This document shows, in pieces, positions 23,313-34,472 of a stretch of 35,335 bases of DNA (positions are counted from its first letter, which is position 1; every line of letters begins with the position of its first letter). A program made the translations under genes and the position numbers. The stretch covers positions 1,154,715 through 1,190,049 of the forward strand of contig MU006097.1 of NCBI GenBank assembly GCA_010093705.1. The letters are read 5' to 3'. Below the pieces are notes generated by a model. It searched no databases and was not told the origin of the DNA. It saw only the letters and a list, made by a program, of their open reading frames with translations. This DNA is from Patellaria atrata CBS 101060 (Eukaryota).

Positions 23313-24424
23313 ATGCCTGTAAGTCCGCTATGTAAACACTCTCTCCATATACCCCATATACTAATTACCTCCGCTGCAGCTCATTCTCATCTCCGGCTTC
23401 CCCTCCTCGGGCAAAACTCATCGGAGCCAGCAACTTCTCACCGAATTTACATCCCGTATAACAGCTTCCAGGGAGCCTCGAGTCCAACGCCTCAAAGTAC
23501 ACCATATCAGCGACCACAGCTTGGGGCTGAGTAGAGATGTCTACCACGCCGCGCGCAGTGAGAAGGACGCACGTGCAGCGTTCTCATCGGCCGTCAAGCG
23601 CGTGTTGGGACCGGATGATATCGTGATTGCGGATGGGATGAATTATATCAAAGGGTTCAGATATCAGTTGTATTGTGAGGCTAAGGCGGTGCAAACACCG
23701 TGTTGTGTTGTACGTGTCGTGTCTTACCCCAGTTTGTTTGGCCGGATTGGGTAGGAGTAGCCTTGCTGACAGTCTTAGAGCTGCAAATTGGGACGCCAGT
23801 TGAGAAGTGCAGGGAGATAAATTCAAGACTTTTGGCCACTCCCGATGAAGACGGTGGTTATAGCGAAGAAGACTTTGAGAATCTTGTGTTCAGGTATGAA
23901 GAACCGAATGGGATGAGTAGATGGGATAGTCCCTTGTTTACAGTTCTCCCTGATGACGAGAACCCGCCTTTTGATCAGATCTGGGAGGCTATCATCGGAA
24001 GTGACGGCAGAAAAATCGTGGTGAAACCTCATCAAGCTACAGTACTGGTATGTCTATCCTATTATAGAAGCTTGACACCGATCAACATTGGATCTTTTCA
24101 TATCAAATACTCAAATGCCGGCTAATACCATCCCAGAAACCAGCAACCGATCAGAACTATCTCTATGAACTCGACAAAACCACCTCATCCATAACTACTC
24201 ACATCTTAACCTGGCAGTCAGATCGTCCTGGTGAAACAGGCCTAGAAATCCCCATCCCGGATGTCTCTTCTCCGCTTACGTTACCGACTTCCCCAGTCAC
24301 ACTCCCACAACTACAACGTATACGGCGACAGTTTATCACGTTGAACCGACAGCATGCATTGGACAAAAATCGAATTGCTGAGCTGTTTGTGGAGTTTTTG
24401 AATGACCAGTTCGGACGTGGTTGA
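23313..24424 (+). CDS. KTI12: Elongator-associated protein Kti12, ~296 aa; exons 23313-23318, 23380-23709, 23781-24047, 24137-24424
   Basis: MP|LILISGFPSSGKT P-loop, DGMNYIKGFRYQLYCEAK, LVFRYEEPNGMSRWDSPLF, YLYELDKTT and LPQLQRIRRQFI are the characteristic Kti12 motifs. Confidence 0.95.
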
Positions 24425-24464
24425 AAGAGAGGAACAGAAGTGCTTATTATCTGGAAACATGGGG

Positions 24465-24789
24465 TGTAAGGACTAGCAGGAAATATTTGGCCGACTAAAA
24501 ACTTTCGAGGGACATTCCCTTCCTACTTATCAAGCTCAAACAGCCGATCCGAAGATATTAGAGAGCTCCCATCTAATGAGCTGAGCTATAGTTATCTAGA
24601 AAAGCTTGAAAAAGCAATACTAGGGTTGGGATCTAGTATACCTCCAGGTTGGATATAAAGGAGCTCCTCAAAGTTTGGCTATAAGAAGAATACTACAACT
24701 TATAGTCGCGAGGGATGAGACCTGCTGTTAGTCCTCCTTGACGTCCCTGGTTGCTCCATGTAAGCCATAGAGCTGTATAGTACTTTACA
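24465..24789 (+). mobile_element. Probable degenerate solo LTR (~325 bp)
   Basis: Begins TGTAAG and ends TTTACA (TGTAA/TTACA inverted ends), with an internal GGATATAAAGGAG TATA-like box and high TpA. No matching TSD (TGGGG vs CTCTA). Confidence 0.45.
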
Positions 24790-25626
24790 CTCTACCTTAC
24801 TTCTCAATCAAATGTGGACATTTTCCAACCTGCATCTATGGTGTACTGAGGGTATTAGATGGTAAGTCCCCAGTAACGCTCAACCTTTCACGACTACGAT
24901 GCGACCAGCTTAAAGGAGACCGCTATCCTTATAAACCTTCCCCGTGTTCGACAGTATTTGTTCGTTTCTGTTGCCAATCCAACAAAAAAGTTATCCAAGT
25001 TATAGATTTTTTTTATCGTACCACTATTATCCCCTAAACTTCACCATTCGATTTCTTTTATAAAGTGACCGAACTTTAAGCTTGCAGTATGAACGCTCAG
25101 TGGTGCAGTTAAAAGACTGTCTAACTTCCATTACCCCTCAGTCCCGAGCTGTTTCCACCATAATCAGCCCTTTACTCTAGTTTTCCGTGATCTCGCCAAG
25201 TTTGAGGAAGGAAGTTGACCTTAAGATGCATAGAACTATGTCGGCGCCCACGGTGGAGATGGATCCGAGCAAGGCATTGTCTAGTTCGTGCTGTATGAAT
25301 AACGCCCTATACTAGTTGTGCGCAAAAGATGTGCCTCAATTATCCTTAGAGTTTGAGTCTAGAATTGTTTCCTGAGACATATGTACTGGCTCAATTGGCT
25401 TATTCAAAATGTACCTAGGGGTTGTTCATTGTCACGGGTTAGACCCGATAGGTATAAGTGCCTTGGATGATCCAGCGGCTTAGTCATATTGTACTTTAGT
25501 AACGTGCCGCATCGGTCAGTGGCCACTATCAGTCAGTGGCCACACCCCACTAAACCAACCGCGCTTTTTAGCTAATAGCGCTATAACAACAAAATTGATT
25601 AAGCTAGAAATTAAGATAGAGATTCC

Positions 25627-27231
25627 TTAGATAGTAGTACATTGACGCCTGTTATAACCTTGGATATAGCACTTTGAGCATGTTGGTGGTGCGCGCTGGC
25701 GCGTAGTAGAGCCCTCGCTCGCCACCATCTCTGGTACCACATTATCCAGCTGCTCTACTAGCTGCTAGCCTGCCTGCGCCTGTAAAGCTCCTCCGCGAGC
25801 AATATACCTACGGCGGATATCCTGCTTCTGTCTACGGCGTTAAGATGCAGCTCGTAGCTCAGTAACCTCTCTAGTAAGGAGCGCAGTCTGAGCTAGTGCC
25901 ATATGGCAGCTTTTAATAACTTGGTTAACTGCCTAGCTTGTAGGGCTCTGTAAGTTGCGCTGGAGAAGCTACTTAATAAGGTGAGCCTGCTGCTCAAGCT
26001 GAGTAGTAGTATGAGGTGTCTCTGCTGTCCAGGGCTCTCCGTGTGAGGTTGATGGAGGTGATGGAGTCTTTTTAATAACCGTTAGCGATGATAGTATACG
26101 CTGTGGATCAGCTGGCACGAGGCCTATAGCCTGGAAACCACTTCTAATTGTCTGCTCTATGAACACTATAGGCCGTGCCTCTCTATAGAGTAGTAGGAAG
26201 TCGAGCTTGTCAATATAGTGGATACCCTGCCGAGCTAGCTCCTGTACACCCTGTCCATATACTCGCTTGAGAGGAGAGAAGCAGCTGACGTCAAGCGGCT
26301 AGAGAAGGTGTGACGTATATACAGGCATATAAAGGGTAACTATCCTATTCTCTAGATAGAAGGTGTCGAATTCTGGTGTTATATGGCTACTATGGCCGTC
26401 AACGATAAGTAATCGATAGGTACCGACTATACGCGCCCTTGTAGAGCTATTAAAGTGCTGTAGCCAGGCGAAACCAAGCTGATCAGTCGTCTAGCCATTA
26501 TCACTGACTGCTAGCATCCAGTTGGTAGGTAGGTCTTGGTACCAGCTTGCCTGGTGGACCTTGCCTGCGAAGATAATAAAGGGTGGAATCGCCCATCCAG
26601 ACGCGTAAATACATTCAATAGCTGTGACCCACTCGCGATTGCCTGGCTGTATAACTGCTCGCCGACCTATTGTATCTGAGCTTGTAATGACTTTTGATGT
26701 TGCTATAACCCCCATCATAAACCCAGTCTCGTCGAAATTGTACGTATCTTCATCAAGAATGCCGTATAATAGGCGCGTTACCTTAACACGCTTAAACCAC
26801 GCGTTAATTGTCTCTAGATTCTCGCACCTGGCACGCTATGAGTGGAATCGACGATTCCACTTTGTCTGTAGCTCTGGCTGAGCCTTGATAAATCGATTGA
26901 CCCAGCATTTCCCGACTNNNNNNNNNNNNNNNNNNNNNNNNNNNNNNNNNNNNNNNNNNNNNNNNNNNNNNNNNNNNNNNNNNNNNNNNNNNNNNNNNNN
27001 NNNNNNNNNNNNNNNNNNNNNNNNNNNNNNNNNNNNNNNNNNNNNNNNNNNNNNNNNNNNNNNNNNNNNNNNNNNNNNNNNNNNNNNNNNNNNNNNNNNN
27101 NNNNNNNNNNNNNNNNNNNNNNNNNNNNNNNNNNNNNNNNNNNNNNNNNNNNNNNNNNNNNNNNNNNNNNNNNNNNNNNNNNNNNNNCTACCTTCCTTCT
27201 GGAGCTGCTGGGCGCTGTGTTGTAGTGGCAT
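25627..27231 (-). pseudogene. DDE_1 transposase pseudogene of the Fot1-like element
   Basis: ATG at 27231 (MPLQHSAQQLQKEG); motifs VGKCWVNRF, YNFDETGF, QPGNREWVTAIECI and PPFIIFAGK. Several in-frame TAG stops (e.g. 26491-26493 in NG*TT, 25969-25971). The C-terminal knuckle reads CSKCYIQGYNRRQC. Confidence 0.93.
26918..27187. other. Assembly gap (270 N) inside the transposase HTH region
   Basis: Run of N. The size is close to the ~280 nt separating the same motifs (EGR...VGKNW) in the second Fot1-like element. Confidence 0.97.
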
Positions 27232-28292
27232 CGCGGGTTTGGTGGAAGACGTGTCGCGATTTTGGTGGGGTGTGGCCACTGACTGATAGTGGCCACTGAC
27301 CGATGCGGCACGTTAGAACAGCAAAGGCTGTCTCAACGCTTTCTTTCCTTAAGTTTAAGCTTCATGTACATATAGCAATATACCTTTCAGCTTTCATCTG
27401 AGGTTGAACCATGACATTCATATTCTCTGTACCTGAGGAAACGTATTCCTGGTACTGTACTGTCATTATTTGTATTTGCAGATAAGATATGGTCTAGTAT
27501 TACATAGTAAGCTTACTCGAGGTGAAGTAACTTCCTAATAAAATGTGCATGATCTGTCCATATCGTTCACGAGACTATTCGAGGTGAAGCATCTTCTACT
27601 ACCAAGCCTTCATGAAGAAGACTTGCTAGTCTCAAATATTTGTCTCTGGGACTAAGGTTATTAACAATGAAAACAAGAATTTGCAGAAAATCTTATGGAG
27701 TAAGATGAGATCTTGCAATTCTATGACGACGGAGTTTCTGTTTGGTGAATTTGGTCCAAAAACAGTTGTGTCAAAGCAAAACATTTAAATTAAAAGAGAC
27801 GTTAGCTTCTCTAGGCGGCGAGAGAAGCTGAAGTAATCATAAAGACTTATAGAACAGTCTAAACTAACCGTAATAGTATATCTAACCCGTAAACTCTAGG
27901 GTATCTAGCTCTACTGAGGGCTCCATGGAGGTGCAGGCCGAGTATCTTTTAGGCTTTGACCAAGGCCCTCGTCGTAGTATTTGCTGTACCGGTAATCGTG
28001 GTGGTCCATAGAACCGATACATTCCCGTAATAATGGCATATACTCCACCAGTCCGCATTTCAACATCTCCACCCTAATGCAACAGTAGCGTCAAAAACAG
28101 AGATAATTGTTCGATTTTCTATATATGGGGCCGAAGTAATCTTCAATACGCGAGTGCTGTTCGAATGGAAAGCAGGCTAGATAGAATTCCATGCCTACTT
28201 CTTTACCATTATTTCTTACCCCTTATGACCTAACATTACTATAAACGTCCAACTTAAACGATCGTGTATATGGTACATCTGATGCCCAAGTC

Positions 28293-30863
28293 CTACACAA
28301 TCTTCGATTCGACGATATTTGCGTCAGTTGTGACTGCAATTTTCTTTTTCTCCAGACTCGCTTTCACTGGATTTTTGGCAGCGAAGATCTCATCTAATTC
28401 TTCAAGAGTTCTGTTTCTCGTTTCTGGAACATATTTCCTGCGTTGTATTAGTTTAAAATGTCTACATAGCAGTTTAGAGTCTTAATAGGCACATACCAAA
28501 TGGTGGCAGCTTGAAATAATGTCCAGATGACGAAGATTATGTATGTTTTCCATGCAATCTTTTCAAGAGCAACTGGTAATGCGAATTGATTGATCAATCC
28601 ACCCGCGGAGACTGCTAAATTCGAGAACGACATTCTGATCCTTTGATTAGCCATAAAAGACAGAAAGGGGGATGTGATTTTCCATATTTTTAATGTGGCT
28701 TACCCTTTGGCACGCATTTCGAATGACAGGACTTCCACGGGATACCTACTCAAGTCAGCAATTAGATCATACGAAGGGATCAAAGGGAGTTCCACAAAGC
28801 TTGTAAAGGCGTAAATCCAAAAGAATACACGATCCCGAAGAGGAAAATCATGCCTGGTGAAACCTGTAAGCTTATGTAACATATCTCGGGGTCAAAAGGT
28901 ACTCACTCATCGACGCCTTAGCGGCGGAAACGTTTGTATCGTTACTGGCATACTGTGATGTTGCTATGGTCATTCCCACCCAAATAATTGAGCAGCCGAT
29001 GTTTGCAAACATCAATAAGAATCGTCTCCCGAAGCGGTCGACTTGGGTTGCTCCAAACACAGCGAAGAAAAACTAAATACTAGTGAGTGGTTGCAAAACA
29101 AAGTGAGGCTGAATCTCTTACCTGCAAGCATGCCATCCCTAGATTGACATTTGCTTGAGTGACGCTATCCTCTAAACAGAGTTAATAACGCCCCTGAAAG
29201 GCAACTGAAGAAGAACGTGCTTACTGTAACCTGCAGTGTCCAATACAGCACCAAGGAAATATGATAAAACCGAGTTACCTGCAAGCTGACCCCACATAGA
29301 TACTGAAAAACCTGTCAGTTGAAGATTCGGACACTTAAGGGGATAATGGACTTGCCCATGACATTAACAGAAATACGATAACGAGAGCTTCTATCCCTCC
29401 ATAACGCGCCTGCAAAAAAGTTAGTCGTCCGTGATGTTGAAATTCGGTATCTCAGGTGCTCAAACTGTAATTCCAGAATTGCTTATCAGTTGCATCCAAT
29501 TCAATATATTGCTCGTATTCGCGGAGTTGAAGCGTGACCCATACGCTTTCTGGATTGCCCTCGCCGTGGTATTTTGTGAGCATCTCTTTACACTTTTCCG
29601 TCTTGTTGTTCGCAAACAGCCATCGTGGTGATTCCGGTAAAAACCAAATGAATATGCTAATTATAGAAACGAATATGATCTGGCCCCACACTGGAATAAG
29701 CCAACTGCTATTTCCTTTGATTGTTATCGTTCCTCTATTGATCCCAGATGCAAGGATCGACCCGGAAAACCAAAATGTGTCTTTTGAACATTAGTCGTGA
29801 GCATACAGACTGTGACGGTTGGTTTTAGAACCCGCCCAGGTGGAAGAAAGAAAAAAAAGTGATGATTCTGGAAGAAAAAAGGAGGAAATGGGGTTTCTCA
29901 CTATATATAGCTCCAGCGATACCCTTAACTCCGTTAGCACTCACTAGTCTGAGTTCGATTAAGAAGAAAACCAAAGCAACCAATCAGACTTACACGGTAC
30001 GCAGGGTGAGAACATTCTAGTATCCTATAGGAAGTTAGATGAATATTCTTAAGTCTTATAGGCTCTAGAGGTATTGCCATATGGGTCCACCACTGGCGAC
30101 CAAAGCGACGCCAAAGCCGAGCAAGAAGCGACCACCCCTATTATTATCGGGTTAGACGTGACGGAGAGAAAGCGGTGGGCATAGGGAGGAGTTTTTACAT
30201 GAATTGATTGATACTGGCATTGGATACTGTTACACCCTGGACTATTGTGCCGACGACGATAAACATACAGCCAATGAACATTCCGCCGCGACGTCCGCAG
30301 TAGTCCATGGCTGGGCCAACGAAAGGGATGGCCACCACGCTGCCCACTTCTTTTAATTAAATCAGTATCTCCTCTTGTTAGTAGAAACGGGGTTATATAC
30401 GGTACATGCTGGTCACAATTCCTGCCCATATACCGGCGTTCTTCACCGCGAAAAAGTCCTTGAACGTAGGATTCATCAGGAGACCGTTGAGTAAACCTAT
30501 ACAGACACAGTCAGCCCCCGTACTTCGTTATCCAGGGGGTGAGATATTCTTCCGTCGTAGCCGTTCACTGTGCTGAGATATGTCAGTACATGTCAGTTTA
30601 TTATCGAGCAGGGACATACGAGCAAAGAAAGCCGATGAAGGTGCCGAAGAATAGGATACCAGCTCTCCAGGTGAACGGATTTGGGGGCTCCTTCAACTTC
30701 GCTTCAGCGAGGGCTTCACTACCGGTGATGACTTTGACCTCCTGAATGGCCCTCTCCTATGATGGTGTAAGTGGTGTGTAAGTAAGTGTCAAGCATAACT
30801 TACAGGGGATTCAGGTCTCTCCGAGTAGGAGATTTCATTCTTCTTCTCCATATCTGCAGACAT
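28293..30863 (-). CDS. MFS sugar porter, lactose/cellodextrin permease-like, ~541 aa, 17 exons: 30863-30804, 30756-30620, 30572-30550, 30496-30401, 30349-30199, 30137-30078, 30024-29994, 29923-29902, 29780-29466, 29409-29356, 29302-29225, 29171-29122, 29072-28907, 28853-28796, 28745-28704, 28634-28497, 28437-28293
   Basis: The hand-spliced 1626-nt frame has no internal stop and contains NGYDGS, DYCGRR, GGRFLLGFG, ECSHPAYRG, YNTFWFSG, PESPRWL, GQLAGN, VDRFGRR, YPVEVLSFEMRAKG and PETRNRTLEELDEIF. It requires one GA-AG and two GC-AG introns. Confidence 0.88.
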
Positions 30864-33800
30864 TGTTAAAATCTTGCGTGGGTTCGCAGTCAGATTGGGG
30901 GGGGAAGGTTCTGAAGTTATAGCAACCGACCATCATCCAATTACAAGGATAACCGCCCATACCTATGGCAAAAGAATCGCTACTGTTAGAAAGACCGGAT
31001 CTTGTTTCGATCTGTGTTCGATCATTTTACTAACAAAACCGACGCTCTGTAGGTTGCATGGATTCTATGTACGGTTCCGACATATATTGAGTATGGTAGT
31101 GGCAGAAACATTAGATTGGCCCGAGAAATAGGGATACTAGAGGTTATCCTAGTAAAACGAGTAGTTTTATCAACTTGAAAGGTCAAAGCCGATGCGCTTT
31201 CATGTTAAACCTGGAAACTTCAGATGTTGTTGATATTGAGGGAGCATCAGATCTTCAGTCGTGCAACGCGCTATGCCTATTTAGGTGCGGAGTAAGTTCA
31301 ACCTGTTCCATAAAAGGGTCTAAATGGGACGACTGGTCCAATCAAAGAGAGTTTCTAGTTCTAGAACAACCTTAAAATGCACGGGGCGGACGCGGCGAGC
31401 CCTTATCGAATTTGGTTACTTCGGTCCGATAGAACTTTGCCTCAACGTCTCCATGAATTCTCATGACTTTGAAGTGTGAGATATCTCTCTCGTACATGTT
31501 GGATTATATAATACTGTAACTGACTTGATGAATGAGTTTCACTCCACTGATAATCCGGAATTCCCGTTTTTCATCTCTCAAAGAAACATATGCAGAAAAC
31601 ATATTTTTTTCTGAAACCAAGAATCATGTCAAGCTTATCTAAATCTGGCCACGGAGCTTCATTTCGGATTTCAGGCCATATGACCGGTACACTGGATCTT
31701 TATCAGGCTGAACAGGGTTTTCGTATGTACAAGACAGTGGTAGTACGGTCAAGATAGATGAACTCTTGCAGAGCTAGATCTCTTTAGTCGCTTGGAGAGA
31801 ACTTCTAATGTTCTAGTGCATCCTTAACAAATTCGCATGAATAAGTACATCACTCTTTCAATGGTACCAATATAACACTAAGACTGATCCTATTTAATAC
31901 TCAGATTGCTGTATTATGGGATACTAGTATTACAAGCCGTGTCTTGGCTGATACGAATGTATTTCTGGTTCTACTGTCGTGCTTTTTCAACGTTATCAAA
32001 TCTCTTCAAAATCTTCATCTTTTCGAACGTATAAGCTCGAGATGATGGGGAGCCTGTTTTCTGAGATGTAAATGTGTGGAAATTGATCTCATGCTCTCAA
32101 ATATCAGATAAAGTATGCATTTCGGACGTGGTTCTTTGAGGAACCAGGCGAATATTTTTCAGGTATCTGTTATCTGACAGTTTCGAACCCTCCTTGTCCT
32201 AACTTCTGTTCTTTGCTTCCGCTGCCATCTATGTTTGTCCCACGATAGTATCTTCCATCGTGCACAACGACATTAAATAATGTGTATCTATATTTCACGT
32301 AACGACACTCTTTTTGGTTGACAATTTAGTACATATGGACTCATAAAGGCCCACGCGTTCGGCCTCATTAACGGCAACGTACTCCCCTCGGCATCTGATA
32401 CCTCATACAGTATTATCACTCCCATGACACATACGGACTCAGCAACGGACATACATTCAGTATCAGATACCTTGTACAGCATCAACCCTCAACGACTACC
32501 TGTTTGGCTACATCGGCCTCGTGAACGGCCATGTATCTCGCCTCGCCAACGTTCTTCTGTCCGGCCTCGTCAACGACTCAGTTCCACCTAGCCAACATCC
32601 ATCTACTCGTCTTCTTAACCATCATTGTTAACCGCCACACTCAATACCTACCCTTCACGGTCATCGGTAACGGATTCTTGGTACGGTATCACACCTCAAG
32701 AGCCTTGTTCGACCACAACGAGCATCTGCCACCACCTCTATACGGTGTGTACATTCACGATCCTCTGTAAAGCCCTCCCGTACAGCTCTCACCGCGATTC
32801 GTATTTCTGTATGACTCTGTCGTAAGGTGTCTGCGGAGTCATTTGTATGACTACCAATATCACCATAAGGGTATACCTCTCAACGACTCAACGAATCACT
32901 ACTTGCTCTGGCATATGAAAATAGTAGCCTTCATACGTAGGATAATCAAGCAATTCTCTCAATTCTGAGGCGTCTCAATAATCTGACAGCTATCTTCAGA
33001 AATTTAGCGACCAATAAGGGCACGAGGAGCATGGGATTGGATTAGATCTACCAAGATAAAACCCACCACGCAATTCGGGTGATAAACTCTTCTAACTTCC
33101 CATTGTATAACCTGGAAGGTATCCTTTGCATAGATAGAAGTCACGCCTGAACATTTAGATAAGCCAGCTGCTTTTGCGCCATTTCAATCCCATTAAACTA
33201 TTTGAAACTCGTACGAGCTTCACGAAGTAGAATAACACTGTACTGTTAGATCAGGAACACTATCAGTTTCTCGCTTCCAGGTTAGAACTACCTAGGACTA
33301 CCTTAGTAGTGGTACATGCAGATCATTTGGAAAATTTCTTATGAACGTCTTTCCATGTCTTTAACTTGCAGTCAATGGGAATCACTCATGTACCTCAAAA
33401 TATACTTATATAGAACATTACCTAGAGTATTTTATGTGTCGTATAACCCCTCCTATAACCATTCGTGTCTATCCCTAATATATCGCCTACTTCACTATGT
33501 AACCCTGCGGTCCTATATTTGCACAAGGTATTATTATAAAGTAACTGAAAACTTTGACATTAAATATTTTCTACATTTCTTTGTAATGCATTGTTTATCA
33601 GTGTCTGAATACTATGGTCCAGATGTTGCGGTATTCCAGTTAGTCAGGTGTTGCTTGCTACGCTACCCCAGGAGATACAACTTTCCTATATTCTTTTTTC
33701 TCAGACATTGTCATTCAAAAAGACACAAGAATATATCATAATATTTCAATAATACGGAGACTAATGAGTAATGTGGATGCTGGAATAGAGACTTAAACAC

Positions 33801-34366
33801 ACTAAGACAAATTTGGTATTATGTTCCATGTATCCGCTCAGTGTCTTGATTTTCAAAGAGTATCCCGATACTATCTCTAGAACTACATCTCTCCATGGTG
33901 TCTTTCCCTCTCCTTCATGTCTTTCCATCTTGCGATACTCCTTAAAGGGGCCTTCAAAACCACAATTCCTAACGATCTTCCCCGTCAAAATCATTAGAAG
34001 TAATTCATATAAATACATAAGTACATTTCTATTTGAAAGAACTAAAGGTGGTTCAAATTCAGCTTGTATCTGTAGGTATCCGGAAACTTTATAGTAACCT
34101 AGTGGATGTTTTGCATCCCTTCCGGCTTTGTTCACTCGATTATGTCAGAATCACAAAACTCCTCAAATTTGCTCTTCCTTCCGTTCTTGGATATAACGCG
34201 CTACGTGATGCACAGACCATACAGAATTCTAAATCTTCCACTCAGCCTTTTCATTCTCCTTCCTTTTTCCTTGACATAGCAAAAGAACGACCTTATCAAC
34301 AGAAAATTCATACCATCATATGCCATCTAACTTTGCTGATTTAATTGTTTCAACAGTAACGTAAAG

Positions 34367-34434
34367 CACCACCGAGTGTCGCACACCACCGAGTGTCGCA
34401 CACCACCGAGTGTCGCACACCACCGAGTGTCGCA
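34367..34434 (+). repeat. Four perfect tandem copies of CACCACCGAGTGTCGCA (17 bp) in the left end of the transposon
   Basis: Units at 34367-34383, 34384-34400, 34401-34417 and 34418-34434, with no spacers. Confidence 0.97.
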
Positions 34435-34472
34435 GAATTTCTTGGCAGCTATTACCTCTACTATAACACGAA

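Larger units (their letters stand above)
25502..27313 (-). mobile_element. Fot1/pogo-family (Tc1/mariner superfamily) DNA transposon, full length, RIP-inactivated
   Basis: Perfect 49-bp TIRs (25502-25550 and 27265-27313) start with ACGT. TA target duplication at 25500-25501 and 27314-27315. Length ~1.8 kb. Confidence 0.96.
25430..27416. mobile_element. Short solo LTR (~173 bp: 25430-25501 plus 27316-27416) split by a Fot1-like insertion
   Basis: Termini TGTCACGG and CCATGACA are a 7/8 inverted match. A perfect 5-bp TSD TTCAT lies at 25425-25429 and 27417-27421. Confidence 0.8.

Noticed and set aside
24861..25426. GGTAAGTCCCC resembling the RNase MRP CR-I motif
   Set aside because: Imperfect match, with no convincing CR-V partner at a plausible distance.
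28854..30549. Five introns of exactly 53 nt as possible introner-like elements
   Set aside because: Their internal sequences are not similar to each other, and 53 nt is near the modal intron size in this window.
30497..30619. Stwintron or U12 (AT-AC) explanation for the GA donor
   Set aside because: No nested GT-AG intron of viable length regenerates a GT donor. The ATATCTC/TTTAC pair gives a frameshift, and a minor spliceosome is not expected in this group.
33316..34344. ORFs of 93-141 aa on both strands upstream of the second transposon
   Set aside because: No recognisable motifs, AT-rich composition and stops in every extended frame; possibly an orphan relic but unsupported.
34367..34434. 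Perfect direct-repeat array resembling a CRISPR
   Set aside because: No spacers, eukaryotic context, no cas genes, and it lies in a transposon terminus.
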